Shown here piece by piece: positions 45,037-53,990 of a DNA stretch of 64,000 nt. The stretch covers positions 31,807 through 95,806 of the forward strand of contig DUMU01000005.1 in NCBI GenBank assembly GCA_012839805.1, written 5' to 3'. This DNA is from Bacillota bacterium. Lineage in GTDB: Bacteria; Bacillota; Limnochordia; Limnochordales; DUMU01. Under the pieces are notes generated by a model. That model did no database searches. It saw only the letters and a list, made by a program, of their open reading frames with translations, and was not told where the DNA came from. The first letter of the stretch is position 1, and every line of letters starts with the position of its first letter. Made by a program: the position numbers and the translations under genes.

Positions 45037-46092
45037 TTACAGAGTCACCTCTTTGCCCAACCGGGCCGAGTCGTAGATCCCGTTCAGGATCTTTTGGACC
45101 GCTACGCCGTCGTCGGCGCTGGAGATGGGCTGCTGCCCTGTCTTCACGCAGTTCAGGAAATGGCGGATCTGCCCGTCCCAAATGTTTTCCCGCTCGATGA
45201 CCGGGGTTTCGTCCACCAGGTAACCTTCATCTTCGGTATAGATCGTGAAAGGTTCCAGGTTAGCTCCTGCCTTGGTCCCGAAGATCTGGCTGAGAAGAGG
45301 AACTTCCTTAATGTTGGCTGCCCAGCTAACGTCGAATATCATCGAGGCCCCGTTGGCGAAATGGATGACCCCGCCTGCCAGATCTTCGACGCCGAAGACG
45401 AGGTCTTCGGTATCGAACGCCTTCCAGCGGCCGACCGCTTTGGTCTTGTAATCACCGAACTTGGCAAAGACGCCGGCACTCACCCGGACGGGCTCGGGGT
45501 TCCCCATCAGGTAACGGGTAAGGTCGATTATGTGCACACCGATGTCGATGACAGGACCCCCGCCGGCCTTCTTAGGATCTGTGAACCAGCCGAGCGGAGT
45601 GCCGCGGCGGCGCAGGATGGTAGCCTTGCCGAAATAGATCTCGCCGAATTTGCCGGCCGCGGCCATTTCCTTGATCACCCGCACTTCGGTGCGGAAGCGG
45701 TTCACGAAGCCGATCATGAGGATGTTGCCGGTGCGGCGCGCCGCCTCCCGCATGGCCTCCGCTTCGGCCACGTTCATGGCCATGGGTTTCTCGCAGAGCA
45801 CGTGCTTGCCTGCCTCCAGGGCGGCGATAGTGGCGGGAGCATGAGCATTGTTCCAGGTACAAACGCTTACCGCATCCAGGTCGGGCAGCTTCACCATCTC
45901 ATTGAAATCGGTGAAGACATGCTTCACGTTGAACCGGCGGGCGACCTCCTCTGCCCTTTCCGCCTTGATGTCACAGACCGCCACCAGCTCGACGTCGGGC
46001 TGGCGCAGGTAGGCAGGAATGTGAGCGTTCTGGGCAATGTTTCCAACTCCGATGATTCCGATCCGGACCTTACCGTCACTGCGGATGGCCAC
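45037..46092 (-). CDS. Gfo/Idh/MocA-family NAD(P)-dependent oxidoreductase
   Basis: VRIGIIGVGNIAQ Rossmann start and an EKP motif (VLCEKPMA). I prefer the GTG at 46092 after GGAGGGA; the track start is at 46110. Confidence 0.85.
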   Translation of the reverse strand: MAIRSDGKVRIGIIGVGNIAQNAHIPAYLRQPDVELVAVCDIKAERAEEVARRFNVKHVFTDFNEMVKLPDLDAVSVCTWNNAHAPATIAALEAGKHVLCEKPMAMNVAEAEAMREAARRTGNILMIGFVNRFRTEVRVIKEMAAAGKFGEIYFGKATILRRRGTPLGWFTDPKKAGGGPVIDIGVHIIDLTRYLMGNPEPVRVSAGVFAKFGDYKTKAVGRWKAFDTEDLVFGVEDLAGGVIHFANGASMIFDVSWAANIKEVPLLSQIFGTKAGANLEPFTIYTEDEGYLVDETPVIERENIWDGQIRHFLNCVKTGQQPISSADDGVAVQKILNGIYDSARLGKEVTL

Positions 46093-46345
46093 ACGAGATC
46101 CCTCCACCAAGGAGTATTCAGCCGGGATAATACGACCCCTCCGGCTGTTTCGGCAAGCATTATTCCGGGGTCGTCTCTGCTTTTCCTGCCGGCTTCTCGC
46201 GAAGGCCTCCGGTATGCGAAGATCTTGAAAACTCGCGGGAAGGGTTGGACTCCCCGAACGGCGAACGAGAGAAGGTGGCAGAAGGCGAGTCTAAACAACG
46301 CAGGCCAGAGGAGCAAGGCTGGCGAGAGAGGTAGGGGATCACGGG

Positions 46346-47557
46346 ATGATGGCGGGGAAGCACCAATTGATCCGGCATGGGACATGGGTTATCCTGGTCG
46401 CCCTTTCCGGGGTAGGAGCCTGCCTTGCTTTCGAGCCAGAACCAGGCGCGCCGGTGGAGGCGGCAACCCCTTTACCGCCTCTTCCCGGGGCTGTGGACGG
46501 AGGACCAACTCAGACTTATCGCGACCCGGAGCTGGGGTTTGAGATCAGCCTTCCTGCCGATTGGGTTTCTCCGGCACCCAAGACGCCCGGCGCGGGGCAG
46601 AAAGCAGCAGGGGCCGGATGGAGGGAGTTCCGTTCACCCGACGGGATACTGTGGGTGCGTGTCATACGAAGTGACTTCGTGACCGGCGCGGGCGACGCCG
46701 GGATGGCACCGGCAGATCGGGAGGCGCTCGCCGGCTGGCTGGCCGGGTCTTACTACGGCTGGCGCTGGCAGGAGAGCCCGGACCCCCCGCCGGACGCTTC
46801 GCCGGCTACTGCCGCCGGCGCCAAGCTCCTCTTTCGCTGGGCCGGGGAGGGATGGGATCGGGAGGGCACGGCGGTACGCGTCTACCTCTGGGCGGCCGCA
46901 GCTACGGGCGGCGGGCAGATATACCTGCTGGTGGCCGGCGGCCCGGTCTCGGCGATGGACAAGAGCAAAGGTCTTCTCACCATGTTGGCGCACAGCTTGC
47001 GTTTGGTCGGCCCGCCCGCCCCGGCGGGCCTTGTACCCTGGTCACGGCCGGACCTGGGGGTGGAACTGGCCCAACCGCCGGGTTGGTCGGTTACGGCCGG
47101 TCAATCCGAGGGGGAACGGGTGGTCAAGCTCGCGGCCAGCGATGGCAAAGCCCTGTTGATCGTGCACCTTGTTCCTGGGGATCGCTTAGAACCCGCTCGC
47201 AGCTCCCAGGTTACCACCGGTGAGCCGGTACCTTCGTTCATTGAACTGCTGGGGCAAGTCTACCTGGCCGGTCTGACCCAACCGGAAGAGAAGGGCGGGG
47301 AGGGACTCACTTCGGTAGAGGTCAAGGCGGCCGGGCTTACCCGGCAAAGGCCCGACCGGTTCGAAGCCCTCTTTACTTACACCGATCCCCAGGCCGGACC
47401 GGCTGCGGGGTGGCTCTCCATCGAGGTGAACGAGCCTTCGAACACGATCATCCTCCTGGAGGCGAGGGCGGTGGCGGATCGTTTCGAGCTGCTCTATCCC
47501 ACTTTCCGGGCGATAGGGGAGAGTATCCGGCTGGTGGCGCCGGTGGCGCTCCCGTAA
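46346..47557 (+). CDS. Hypothetical signal-anchored protein with two PsbP/DcrB-like repeats
   Basis: N-terminal TM segment. An internal repeat is signalled by YRDPELGFEISLPADW and RPDLGVELAQPPGW openings. No family was assigned by search. Confidence 0.5.
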   Translation: MMAGKHQLIRHGTWVILVALSGVGACLAFEPEPGAPVEAATPLPPLPGAVDGGPTQTYRDPELGFEISLPADWVSPAPKTPGAGQKAAGAGWREFRSPDGILWVRVIRSDFVTGAGDAGMAPADREALAGWLAGSYYGWRWQESPDPPPDASPATAAGAKLLFRWAGEGWDREGTAVRVYLWAAAATGGGQIYLLVAGGPVSAMDKSKGLLTMLAHSLRLVGPPAPAGLVPWSRPDLGVELAQPPGWSVTAGQSEGERVVKLAASDGKALLIVHLVPGDRLEPARSSQVTTGEPVPSFIELLGQVYLAGLTQPEEKGGEGLTSVEVKAAGLTRQRPDRFEALFTYTDPQAGPAAGWLSIEVNEPSNTIILLEARAVADRFELLYPTFRAIGESIRLVAPVALP

Positions 47558-47639
47558 GATTCCGGTAGGTGAAGGCAGGGAAGGCCGGTTGTGGGTACGA
47601 ATCCCTTCTCCACCAACCATGCAGGGGGGAAGGGATACA

Positions 47640-49448
47640 ATGGGGCACAGGTATCGCGGCGGGCGCACAGCAGCGGTTGTTCTGGGCTGGGGGCTGGTAG
47701 GGGCACAGATCGTAGCCCAGCTGGTCGGTATGGGCAGGTTGGCCCGGGCGGAGAGCGGGGATGGGCATGCGGGCGCGCCAACGGTGACCGTTCGAGTGGA
47801 TGCCTCGCAAGTTCTTGCTAAAACCAATCCACTGCTCTTCGGTATCAATACGGCTCACTGGGACCAGACGATCTTTCCGGGAACCGCGCCAGAAGCTCTT
47901 CTTACCGCCAACCGAGAAGTCATCCGGAAGGTGCGGGAATCAGGGGTGACGATCCTGAAGTATCCCGGAGGGACCGCAGCCGACTACTACGTGTGGAACG
48001 ACCCCCGAAATCCGGCCGCCGACATGGATACCGACGAACTGGTCCTTTTGGCGCGGGCTGTGGGTGCGGAGCCATGGATTCAGGTGAATATCCCGGCCGG
48101 GCCGGAGGTGGCGGCAGCCTGGGTCGAGTACACTAATAACATCCATCATTATAATGTCAAGTACTGGGAGCTAGGCGACGAGGAGTACGGGTCGTGGGCC
48201 CGGGGGCACTCGTCCCCCGAGGTGTATGCCGCCCGGGTCCGCCAGTTCGTGCAAGCGATGAAGGCAAAGGATCCGACCATCAAGATAGGGATGTCGGTAG
48301 TGGGCTTCTCCGGCTATCAGGACTGGACCCGCCGGGTGGTGAGGCTGGCCGGGGACGTCATCGATATGGTGGTCTTCTCGTTCTACCCCCTCGAGCCCGG
48401 ACAGGAGTCGCCGCAAGCCTTCGTACAGGCGGCGGACAAGTTGCAGCCCCAGCTAGACTACATTCACCGGATCCTGCGCGAGGAACAACCTTCGCGGGCG
48501 GATGACATCCTGGTCATGATCGGTGGCTGGAATACGGTCTCGGCCAATCCGTCTCCGCTGGTGGAGGCGATGCCGAACGCCCTTTTCGTCGCCCGGATGC
48601 TGGCCGAAATGCAGACGCTGGACGTAGACGGTGCAAACTACTGGGCGGTCCACAACCCGCCGGGCCCGCGGGGAGGCGAGTACGGGTACCTGAAAGCCGG
48701 CACTCACGAACCGACCTATCCCTGGTACGTATTTAAGCTTTTCGCGGACCACTGGGGCGATACCGTGGTGGCGGCGGAAAGCGACCGAAGCTGGATCAAG
48801 GCGTACGCCAGCCTGAAAAAGGATGCCCTCGGAACCACGCTTACAACCATACTCTTAAACATCAGCTCCGGGAGGACGGAGACCGTTCAGCTGGTGACCA
48901 AGGGATTTGAGGCCGGCCGCTATTCCACCTGGATCCTGGCGGAAGGCAAAAAGGGAGAAGAATGGCCGGTTTCCGAGGACGGGCGGGTGGTGTTGCCACC
49001 CTTCAGCATGGTGGTGGTGAAGGCGGCCCAAAAGCCCCGGGCCGGAGATTACGTACGGGTCTTCCCTATCGGACAGCAAGCTTCTTCGGAGCTGGCCGGG
49101 TTCGAGGCTGCCCAAGTGACCGACCGTGATCCCAATACCCGCTGGAGTTCGGTGATGGGAGCGGGGATCGACCCGCAGTGGTTGAGCCTGGACTTTGGCT
49201 TCCCGGTCCGGATCGCTAAAGTGGTGATTCGATGGGAGGCGGCCTATGCTACCCGCTACGAGGTCCAGTTATCGGGCGATGGCCAAACCTGGCATACGGT
49301 GGCCAAAGTAGAGGCGGGGGACGGGGGAACGGATGAGCTCGTCTTCCCGGCCGACGAGGCCCGCCAGCTTCGGCTGTTACTCGAGGAACGAGCCGATCGC
49401 CGCTTTGGCTATTCGATCTGGGAAACGGAAGTCTACTCGCAGTGGTGA
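47640..49448 (+). CDS. Secreted clan GH-A-like glycoside hydrolase with a C-terminal F5/8 type C (CBM32/discoidin) domain
   Basis: ILKYPGGTAADYYVWND and WELGDEEYG resemble (beta/alpha)8 GH51/GH79-type motifs. The C-terminal DPNTRWSS...WLSLDFG...YEVQLSGDGQTW is the F5/8-C pattern. ATG at 47640. Confidence 0.7.
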   Translation: MGHRYRGGRTAAVVLGWGLVGAQIVAQLVGMGRLARAESGDGHAGAPTVTVRVDASQVLAKTNPLLFGINTAHWDQTIFPGTAPEALLTANREVIRKVRESGVTILKYPGGTAADYYVWNDPRNPAADMDTDELVLLARAVGAEPWIQVNIPAGPEVAAAWVEYTNNIHHYNVKYWELGDEEYGSWARGHSSPEVYAARVRQFVQAMKAKDPTIKIGMSVVGFSGYQDWTRRVVRLAGDVIDMVVFSFYPLEPGQESPQAFVQAADKLQPQLDYIHRILREEQPSRADDILVMIGGWNTVSANPSPLVEAMPNALFVARMLAEMQTLDVDGANYWAVHNPPGPRGGEYGYLKAGTHEPTYPWYVFKLFADHWGDTVVAAESDRSWIKAYASLKKDALGTTLTTILLNISSGRTETVQLVTKGFEAGRYSTWILAEGKKGEEWPVSEDGRVVLPPFSMVVVKAAQKPRAGDYVRVFPIGQQASSELAGFEAAQVTDRDPNTRWSSVMGAGIDPQWLSLDFGFPVRIAKVVIRWEAAYATRYEVQLSGDGQTWHTVAKVEAGDGGTDELVFPADEARQLRLLLEERADRRFGYSIWETEVYSQW

Positions 49449-49488
49449 CGGCACCGGTCCGCGAAGCCGGCCGAAGCAACGGAACCAG

Positions 49489-49560
49489 GTAGGCCGGGAG
49501 GTGCTCCGGTTACGAGGACGACCCAGGATACCGGAGGGAGACGACGAAGTAGGCCGGGAG
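49489..49560. repeat. Two exact copies of GTAGGCCGGGAG, 60 nt apart, upstream of the 49589 ORF
   Basis: Copies at 49489-49500 and 49549-49560, read directly from the sequence. The flanks upstream of each copy are weakly similar. Confidence 0.9.
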
Positions 49561-49588
49561 AACGACGTCGTGACGACTGTCGGAGGGG

Positions 49589-50935
49589 GTGTCGACGATG
49601 GGAGCGAGGCGCGTTTTCCCGGCTGTTCTTCGCTGGCTGGTTTGGCTGGCCGCTTGGGGGCTGCTCGCGGGCCGCGGCGAACCGGTACGGGCTTTCGGGC
49701 TTTGGACCCTTCCCCCGGAATCGCCTCCAGCTCCGGCTGCGACCGGGCAAGAAGGGTACCCCGATACCGCCGCGGGGCGGCTCCAACGGTTGCAGGATGA
49801 GATCGTGCGGGGAACCGGATACGACGTGCGGGACCCCGCTGAGGTTTGGGAGAAGATGAAGCAGGCAGCACGCATGCCCCCCGTCCCGCCGGGAACAAGG
49901 TCCGGGCCCGAGCGATCCGGCCTGAGCGTTCCGTTTCCCCGGTATGTAGAAGCGCTCTTCCCGTTTTTCATGTGGCGGGCGTTTCCGGTCACTCCGGATT
50001 GGATTCGCCTGCGGGCCGAACTCGCGGCGGAGACGGCCCGCAAGAACGGGGAGATCACCGAAGACGGAGTAGCCCGTTACGTGGAAGAGTGGACCGGCAA
50101 ATTCATCAAAGAGCATGAGCTTGACAAATATCTTGCCTTTGGAGTTCAGCTGCGCTGTTCGTTCCTTCCCCCCCAGAGCCTTTATCTCGTCGATGACGCG
50201 GGAATCTACCATCCCGCCCACCATGTCAAGCTGGTCGAAAACGACCTGATCAACTGGAACTGGACCGGCGGCCCCAGCCCGACCGACCGGGTCTTTGATC
50301 TTCCCATAACCACCGAACGCTTCGACCGGCTCCCGACCTTCCGGCACATCGGCTACGAGGGGGGCACGTGGCTGGTGTTCTTTTCCCCGGAGGATGAATT
50401 GCCGGTGCTCGTGCCCGGATCTTTCCGGGCCTGGGCTCCCGACGGAACCCGTATCGATGGAGCAGTTAGCCCGACCCAGCCCAACTGGGTGTGCGCGGCC
50501 GCGGACCTAACGACCGCCGTTGGCCCCCAATGGGATATCGAGAGACTATCGTGGCTATTCTCCAGTGCCAGCCTTTCCTTGCCTCCCGGGCTTGTGCCCA
50601 CGCCATTTGCTCGTTACGACAGGATTGAGGTCGAATATGTTTACCGCTTCCAGACGACCGGTGAGGAGAAGCGGGAGAAGACGACAGTGGAGGTGAAGCA
50701 TCGCGCTCTCGTTCCCATTGAGTTGCCTTATTCCCCTGCCAGGACCGGAGGCGCCGGGGCCGGCCGACCTCGGGGAGAAGAGGGCGATGCCGGGAACATG
50801 CTGGCGTGGGCTTCCGGCAAGATGATGCTCAGGCTTCGGGGAGTATCGAACAGCTTGTTCGCGGTCCTGATGCCCGGCGAGCCCCTGGACCGCCTCGAAG
50901 AAGGGCTGGTATGGCTGCCCGCAGGCGGCGGGTGA
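49589..50935 (+). CDS. Hypothetical secreted protein (448 aa)
   Basis: N-terminal hydrophobic signal. No recognisable motifs. Confidence 0.45.
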   Translation: MSTMGARRVFPAVLRWLVWLAAWGLLAGRGEPVRAFGLWTLPPESPPAPAATGQEGYPDTAAGRLQRLQDEIVRGTGYDVRDPAEVWEKMKQAARMPPVPPGTRSGPERSGLSVPFPRYVEALFPFFMWRAFPVTPDWIRLRAELAAETARKNGEITEDGVARYVEEWTGKFIKEHELDKYLAFGVQLRCSFLPPQSLYLVDDAGIYHPAHHVKLVENDLINWNWTGGPSPTDRVFDLPITTERFDRLPTFRHIGYEGGTWLVFFSPEDELPVLVPGSFRAWAPDGTRIDGAVSPTQPNWVCAAADLTTAVGPQWDIERLSWLFSSASLSLPPGLVPTPFARYDRIEVEYVYRFQTTGEEKREKTTVEVKHRALVPIELPYSPARTGGAGAGRPRGEEGDAGNMLAWASGKMMLRLRGVSNSLFAVLMPGEPLDRLEEGLVWLPAGGG

Positions 50936-50979
50936 TTTCATGAGTAGAAAGAACGCTTGAAGGAGGGTTTGACACGGTG

Positions 50980-51016
50980 AAAAGGCGGAGGGGTCTGCGA
51001 AGCGGATCCCTCCGCC
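50980..51016 (-). terminator. Rho-independent terminator after the second SBP gene
   Basis: Minus strand: GGCGGAGGG-(15 nt)-CCCTCCGCC followed by TTTT (plus-strand A-run at 50980-50983). Confidence 0.65.
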
Positions 51017-51054
51017 TGCCGTATCGTTGATTGCGCTCCCGATGGTCCTGCGGA

Positions 51055-52329
51055 TCACCGGCTAACGGGCTTGGCCGCGATCGCCCGGAGGCTATCGGCA
51101 GTCTTGGTGATGAACTGAGCCGGGCTGGTCTGGCCGTTCAGCAGGCCCGGCAGGCCCTGGTTGATGGCGGCCAACATGTCTCGCCAGCGCGGGTGCTGGG
51201 GTGCCCAGCGGGCTACCCGGAGCATCTGGATAACTGTAAGCAGGTGGGGCGGGTTGGGCTTGGGACCTACGTATCGCTCGATCGCGATCCGTTCCCGTAC
51301 CGGGACGCCCACGTTGAGGTCTACCACGATATTCTGTACCGCCTCCGAGGTGAAGAACTTTACGAACTCCCAAGCTTGATCCTTCTTGCGGGAGGCCGCG
51401 TTGATCCCCATGGCGCCGCCTCCGATGAAGGCTACCTGTCCTTTCGGTCCGGCCGGGATGGTAGCTATGTCCCAGCGGAAGGCCTGGATGTTGCGATAGA
51501 TCTGGCGTACCCAGTCACACATCATGATCATGCCAAAGTATCCGTCCTGGAAGGTTCCGGCCAGTTCGCCGGGACGGGGCGCGATGTGGGCGGATTGCCG
51601 GAAGCTTTGATAGAGACTGAAGGCGGCCAGGCTCGCCGGCGAATCGAAAACCACCCGGCCTTCCTGATCCAGGACGTCACCACCATGGGAGTACAAAAGC
51701 GGTAGCCACTCCACGTAATCGCTGGTTAGGTAGAGACCGAACTGGTCAATACGGTTGTCGCCGTTGCGATCTTTGGTGAGACGCTTCGCCACCGTGACCA
51801 TGTCGCTCCAGGTCCACTGGTCTGACGGTCTGACCACTCCGCCGGCTTCGAAGAGGTCTACGTTGTAATAGGTAGAGCTCACCGTCACGGATTGCGGTAT
51901 GCCGTAGAGGCGGCCCCGGTAGACGAACCCCCTGACGGCAGCCGGGAAAACCCCTTCCAGCGGGTCGCTGGTTTCCCTCTTGAGGTAGGGATTCAGATCC
52001 TCGAGCATTCCCATCTCGACGTACTCGGGCAAGTTCTCGACGTCGATGCGGATCACGTCCGGGCCTTCGCCGGCGGCGATCAGAGTGAGCAGCTTTTCCT
52101 GGAACGGCCAATCGATACCGACCCACTTGACCTTGATGTCAGGATGGGCCTTCTCGAAAGCGGCGATGATGCGGTTGTACCTCTCCTCCCACTGCGGCCC
52201 GGACATCACTCCCCAGGTGATCGTCGTCTCCGCCGCCGCCCGTGGGCAGGGCAAGAACAAAAGCAGACCCAACACGAGTGCGAGCATCATCCAGCTGGAA
52301 GTGGCGCGAAGGAACAGCCCGTACCTCAT
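51055..52329 (-). CDS. ABC transporter extracellular solute-binding protein (family 1, sugar-type)
   Basis: ATG at 52329 after CCAAGGAGGTG. Signal peptide MRYGLFLRATSSWMMLALVLGLLLFL. No permease genes are adjacent. Confidence 0.8.
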   Translation of the reverse strand: MRYGLFLRATSSWMMLALVLGLLLFLPCPRAAAETTITWGVMSGPQWEERYNRIIAAFEKAHPDIKVKWVGIDWPFQEKLLTLIAAGEGPDVIRIDVENLPEYVEMGMLEDLNPYLKRETSDPLEGVFPAAVRGFVYRGRLYGIPQSVTVSSTYYNVDLFEAGGVVRPSDQWTWSDMVTVAKRLTKDRNGDNRIDQFGLYLTSDYVEWLPLLYSHGGDVLDQEGRVVFDSPASLAAFSLYQSFRQSAHIAPRPGELAGTFQDGYFGMIMMCDWVRQIYRNIQAFRWDIATIPAGPKGQVAFIGGGAMGINAASRKKDQAWEFVKFFTSEAVQNIVVDLNVGVPVRERIAIERYVGPKPNPPHLLTVIQMLRVARWAPQHPRWRDMLAAINQGLPGLLNGQTSPAQFITKTADSLRAIAAKPVSR

Positions 52330-52507
52330 GGAGACACCTCCTTGGTTAGTCATAGGAAATAAGCCCTTGATAGAAGTGGCGCCGGGCCCGGCAACGTGAG
52401 TACCGCTTGTGAACACACCTCCGAACATTCTCCGTCGAGTTGGCATCTTCCTCCTAACACCCCGGTCTGGTACGTGACAGGGCTGCCGGGCGCCAGCCCC
52501 TTGCGAT

Positions 52508-52531
52508 TGACAGCTGTGCCCGCTGACAGCT
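52508..52531. repeat. Two exact copies of TGACAGCT with a 16-nt period in the SBP leader
   Basis: Copies at 52508-52515 and 52524-52531. The first copy overlaps the palindrome ACAGCTGT. Confidence 0.9.
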
Positions 52532-52696
52532 ATCCCTGGCCCTGGGGCGCTGCCGAAGGTCCGGATGGCGCACTTTGCACTATCGAGGCGGGGGAAGCCC
52601 CCGGAGCCGGCGTCCACCGCCGGGGAACGGGCGCAGGTAAGGCTCAACACGCCCTGGCTAAGCAGCAGCGTGCCGCTCAACACCGCGGGCGGCTGG

Positions 52697-53914
52697 CTAC
52701 GCGGGGGGAAGACTGGTAGGCGGCAGGCGAACGGGATCCACCGGCAGTTCAGGAGGGACGGGAGCGACCACTTGAACGCTCTTTCCCGTCATCGGGTGGG
52801 GGAAAGTGAGCCGCCACGCATGCAATCCCATGAGCCCCCCGAAAGGGGCGCGAGCAGGCGCCGGGCAGGCGGTGCCGGCGGTTTCCGGGAGACAGAGTCG
52901 CCGGTACAGGAGATCAACCATCTCCGGGGCGGGGCCGTAGAGGGGATCGCCCACCAGCGGCCAGCCGGCGGCGGCCAGGTGAACCCGGATCTGATGGGTT
53001 CGGCCCGTGTGAGGAATGACGTGCAGGAGGGCAAAGGAGGGCAGGGCTCCGGCGGCGTTGGGTCGCAAGAACCGCAGGACCCGGTACTCGGTCAGAGCCT
53101 TGCGCCCGGCGGCCGGGCCCTGCTGCGGCCGGCCACCTACGGGCAGGAACTGCCCGGAGGGGATCTGCTGCCGGCTCCCGTGGCCGGGCACGGGGGCAAG
53201 AGGGCGGTCGATGACGCCGCCGGCGGGCAACGGCCACGTTGAAAAAGTCCCTTCGTGGCAAAGAACTTGGGGAAACGCGACCAGGGCGAGATACTCTTTC
53301 ACGGCCTTTCCCGCGTCGATGGCCGCCTGCAAGCGGCGGTGTACATAGGGGTCGCGGGCGAAGACTACCACGCCCGAGGTCTCCCGGTCTAGCCGGTGAA
53401 CGGGATGGACGACCCCGGTTTGCCAGTACCGCGCCACGCCGTTGGCGAGAGTCCCGGAGCGTTCCCGCTTGACGGGGTGGGTCAACCGGCCGGGTGGCTT
53501 GGCCACGGCGAGAAGGTGTTCATCTTCGTAGAGGATGTCGAGGGGAACATCCTCCGGGACGACGGGTGGACCCCAATCCAGGGAGCCGGGGCTACCGCTA
53601 CCCGGGGTGGACCAGGGGCATAAAGCGGGAGGCGAAGGCCACCCTCGATATGAGTCCTCGTTTCCCACCAGTTGTATCCGGTCTCCCGCCTGCAGACGGT
53701 AATCGGCGTGAACCGGCACCCCGTTCACCCGCAGTCCTCCGGTCCGCTTGAGCCGTCGTAAGAGTCGCAGCGAAACCCCGAGCCGCCGCAGGGCCTGCCC
53801 GAGAGGCCGTCCGACCAGTGATTCGCCGGCTTCGACCCGGCGCTCGAACCATACCCTATCGGCCACGCATTCTGCCCCCCGTGTACTTTGTACCACGGGA
53901 GGCAGGAGGGGCAT
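52697..53914 (-). CDS. RluA/RluD-family pseudouridine synthase with an S4-like N-terminus and internal insertions
   Basis: HRLDRETSGVVVFA catalytic motif and a C-terminal HTGRTHQIRVHLA motif. Confidence 0.8.
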   Translation of the reverse strand: MPLLPPVVQSTRGAECVADRVWFERRVEAGESLVGRPLGQALRRLGVSLRLLRRLKRTGGLRVNGVPVHADYRLQAGDRIQLVGNEDSYRGWPSPPALCPWSTPGSGSPGSLDWGPPVVPEDVPLDILYEDEHLLAVAKPPGRLTHPVKRERSGTLANGVARYWQTGVVHPVHRLDRETSGVVVFARDPYVHRRLQAAIDAGKAVKEYLALVAFPQVLCHEGTFSTWPLPAGGVIDRPLAPVPGHGSRQQIPSGQFLPVGGRPQQGPAAGRKALTEYRVLRFLRPNAAGALPSFALLHVIPHTGRTHQIRVHLAAAGWPLVGDPLYGPAPEMVDLLYRRLCLPETAGTACPAPARAPFGGLMGLHAWRLTFPHPMTGKSVQVVAPVPPELPVDPVRLPPTSLPPA

Positions 53915-53990
53915 CCGGCGGAAAGAAAAAAGAAGCCGAACGTGGTAGCCCGGGCGACGGCCGCGGGTCTGGATCAGGAGGGATCAGGCA

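Noticed and set aside
45094-46542. 482-aa plus-strand ORF antisense to the Gfo/Idh/MocA gene
   Set aside because: It is antisense to a gene with a clear Rossmann/EKP motif. Its translation is low-complexity, and it runs through the intergenic region without a credible start.
52330-52683. 118-aa N-terminal extension of the second SBP in the ORF track
   Set aside because: The extension has no signal or TM-like features and an odd composition. A strong AGGAGG RBS plus a classic signal peptide start at 52329. The region is treated as leader (see finding).
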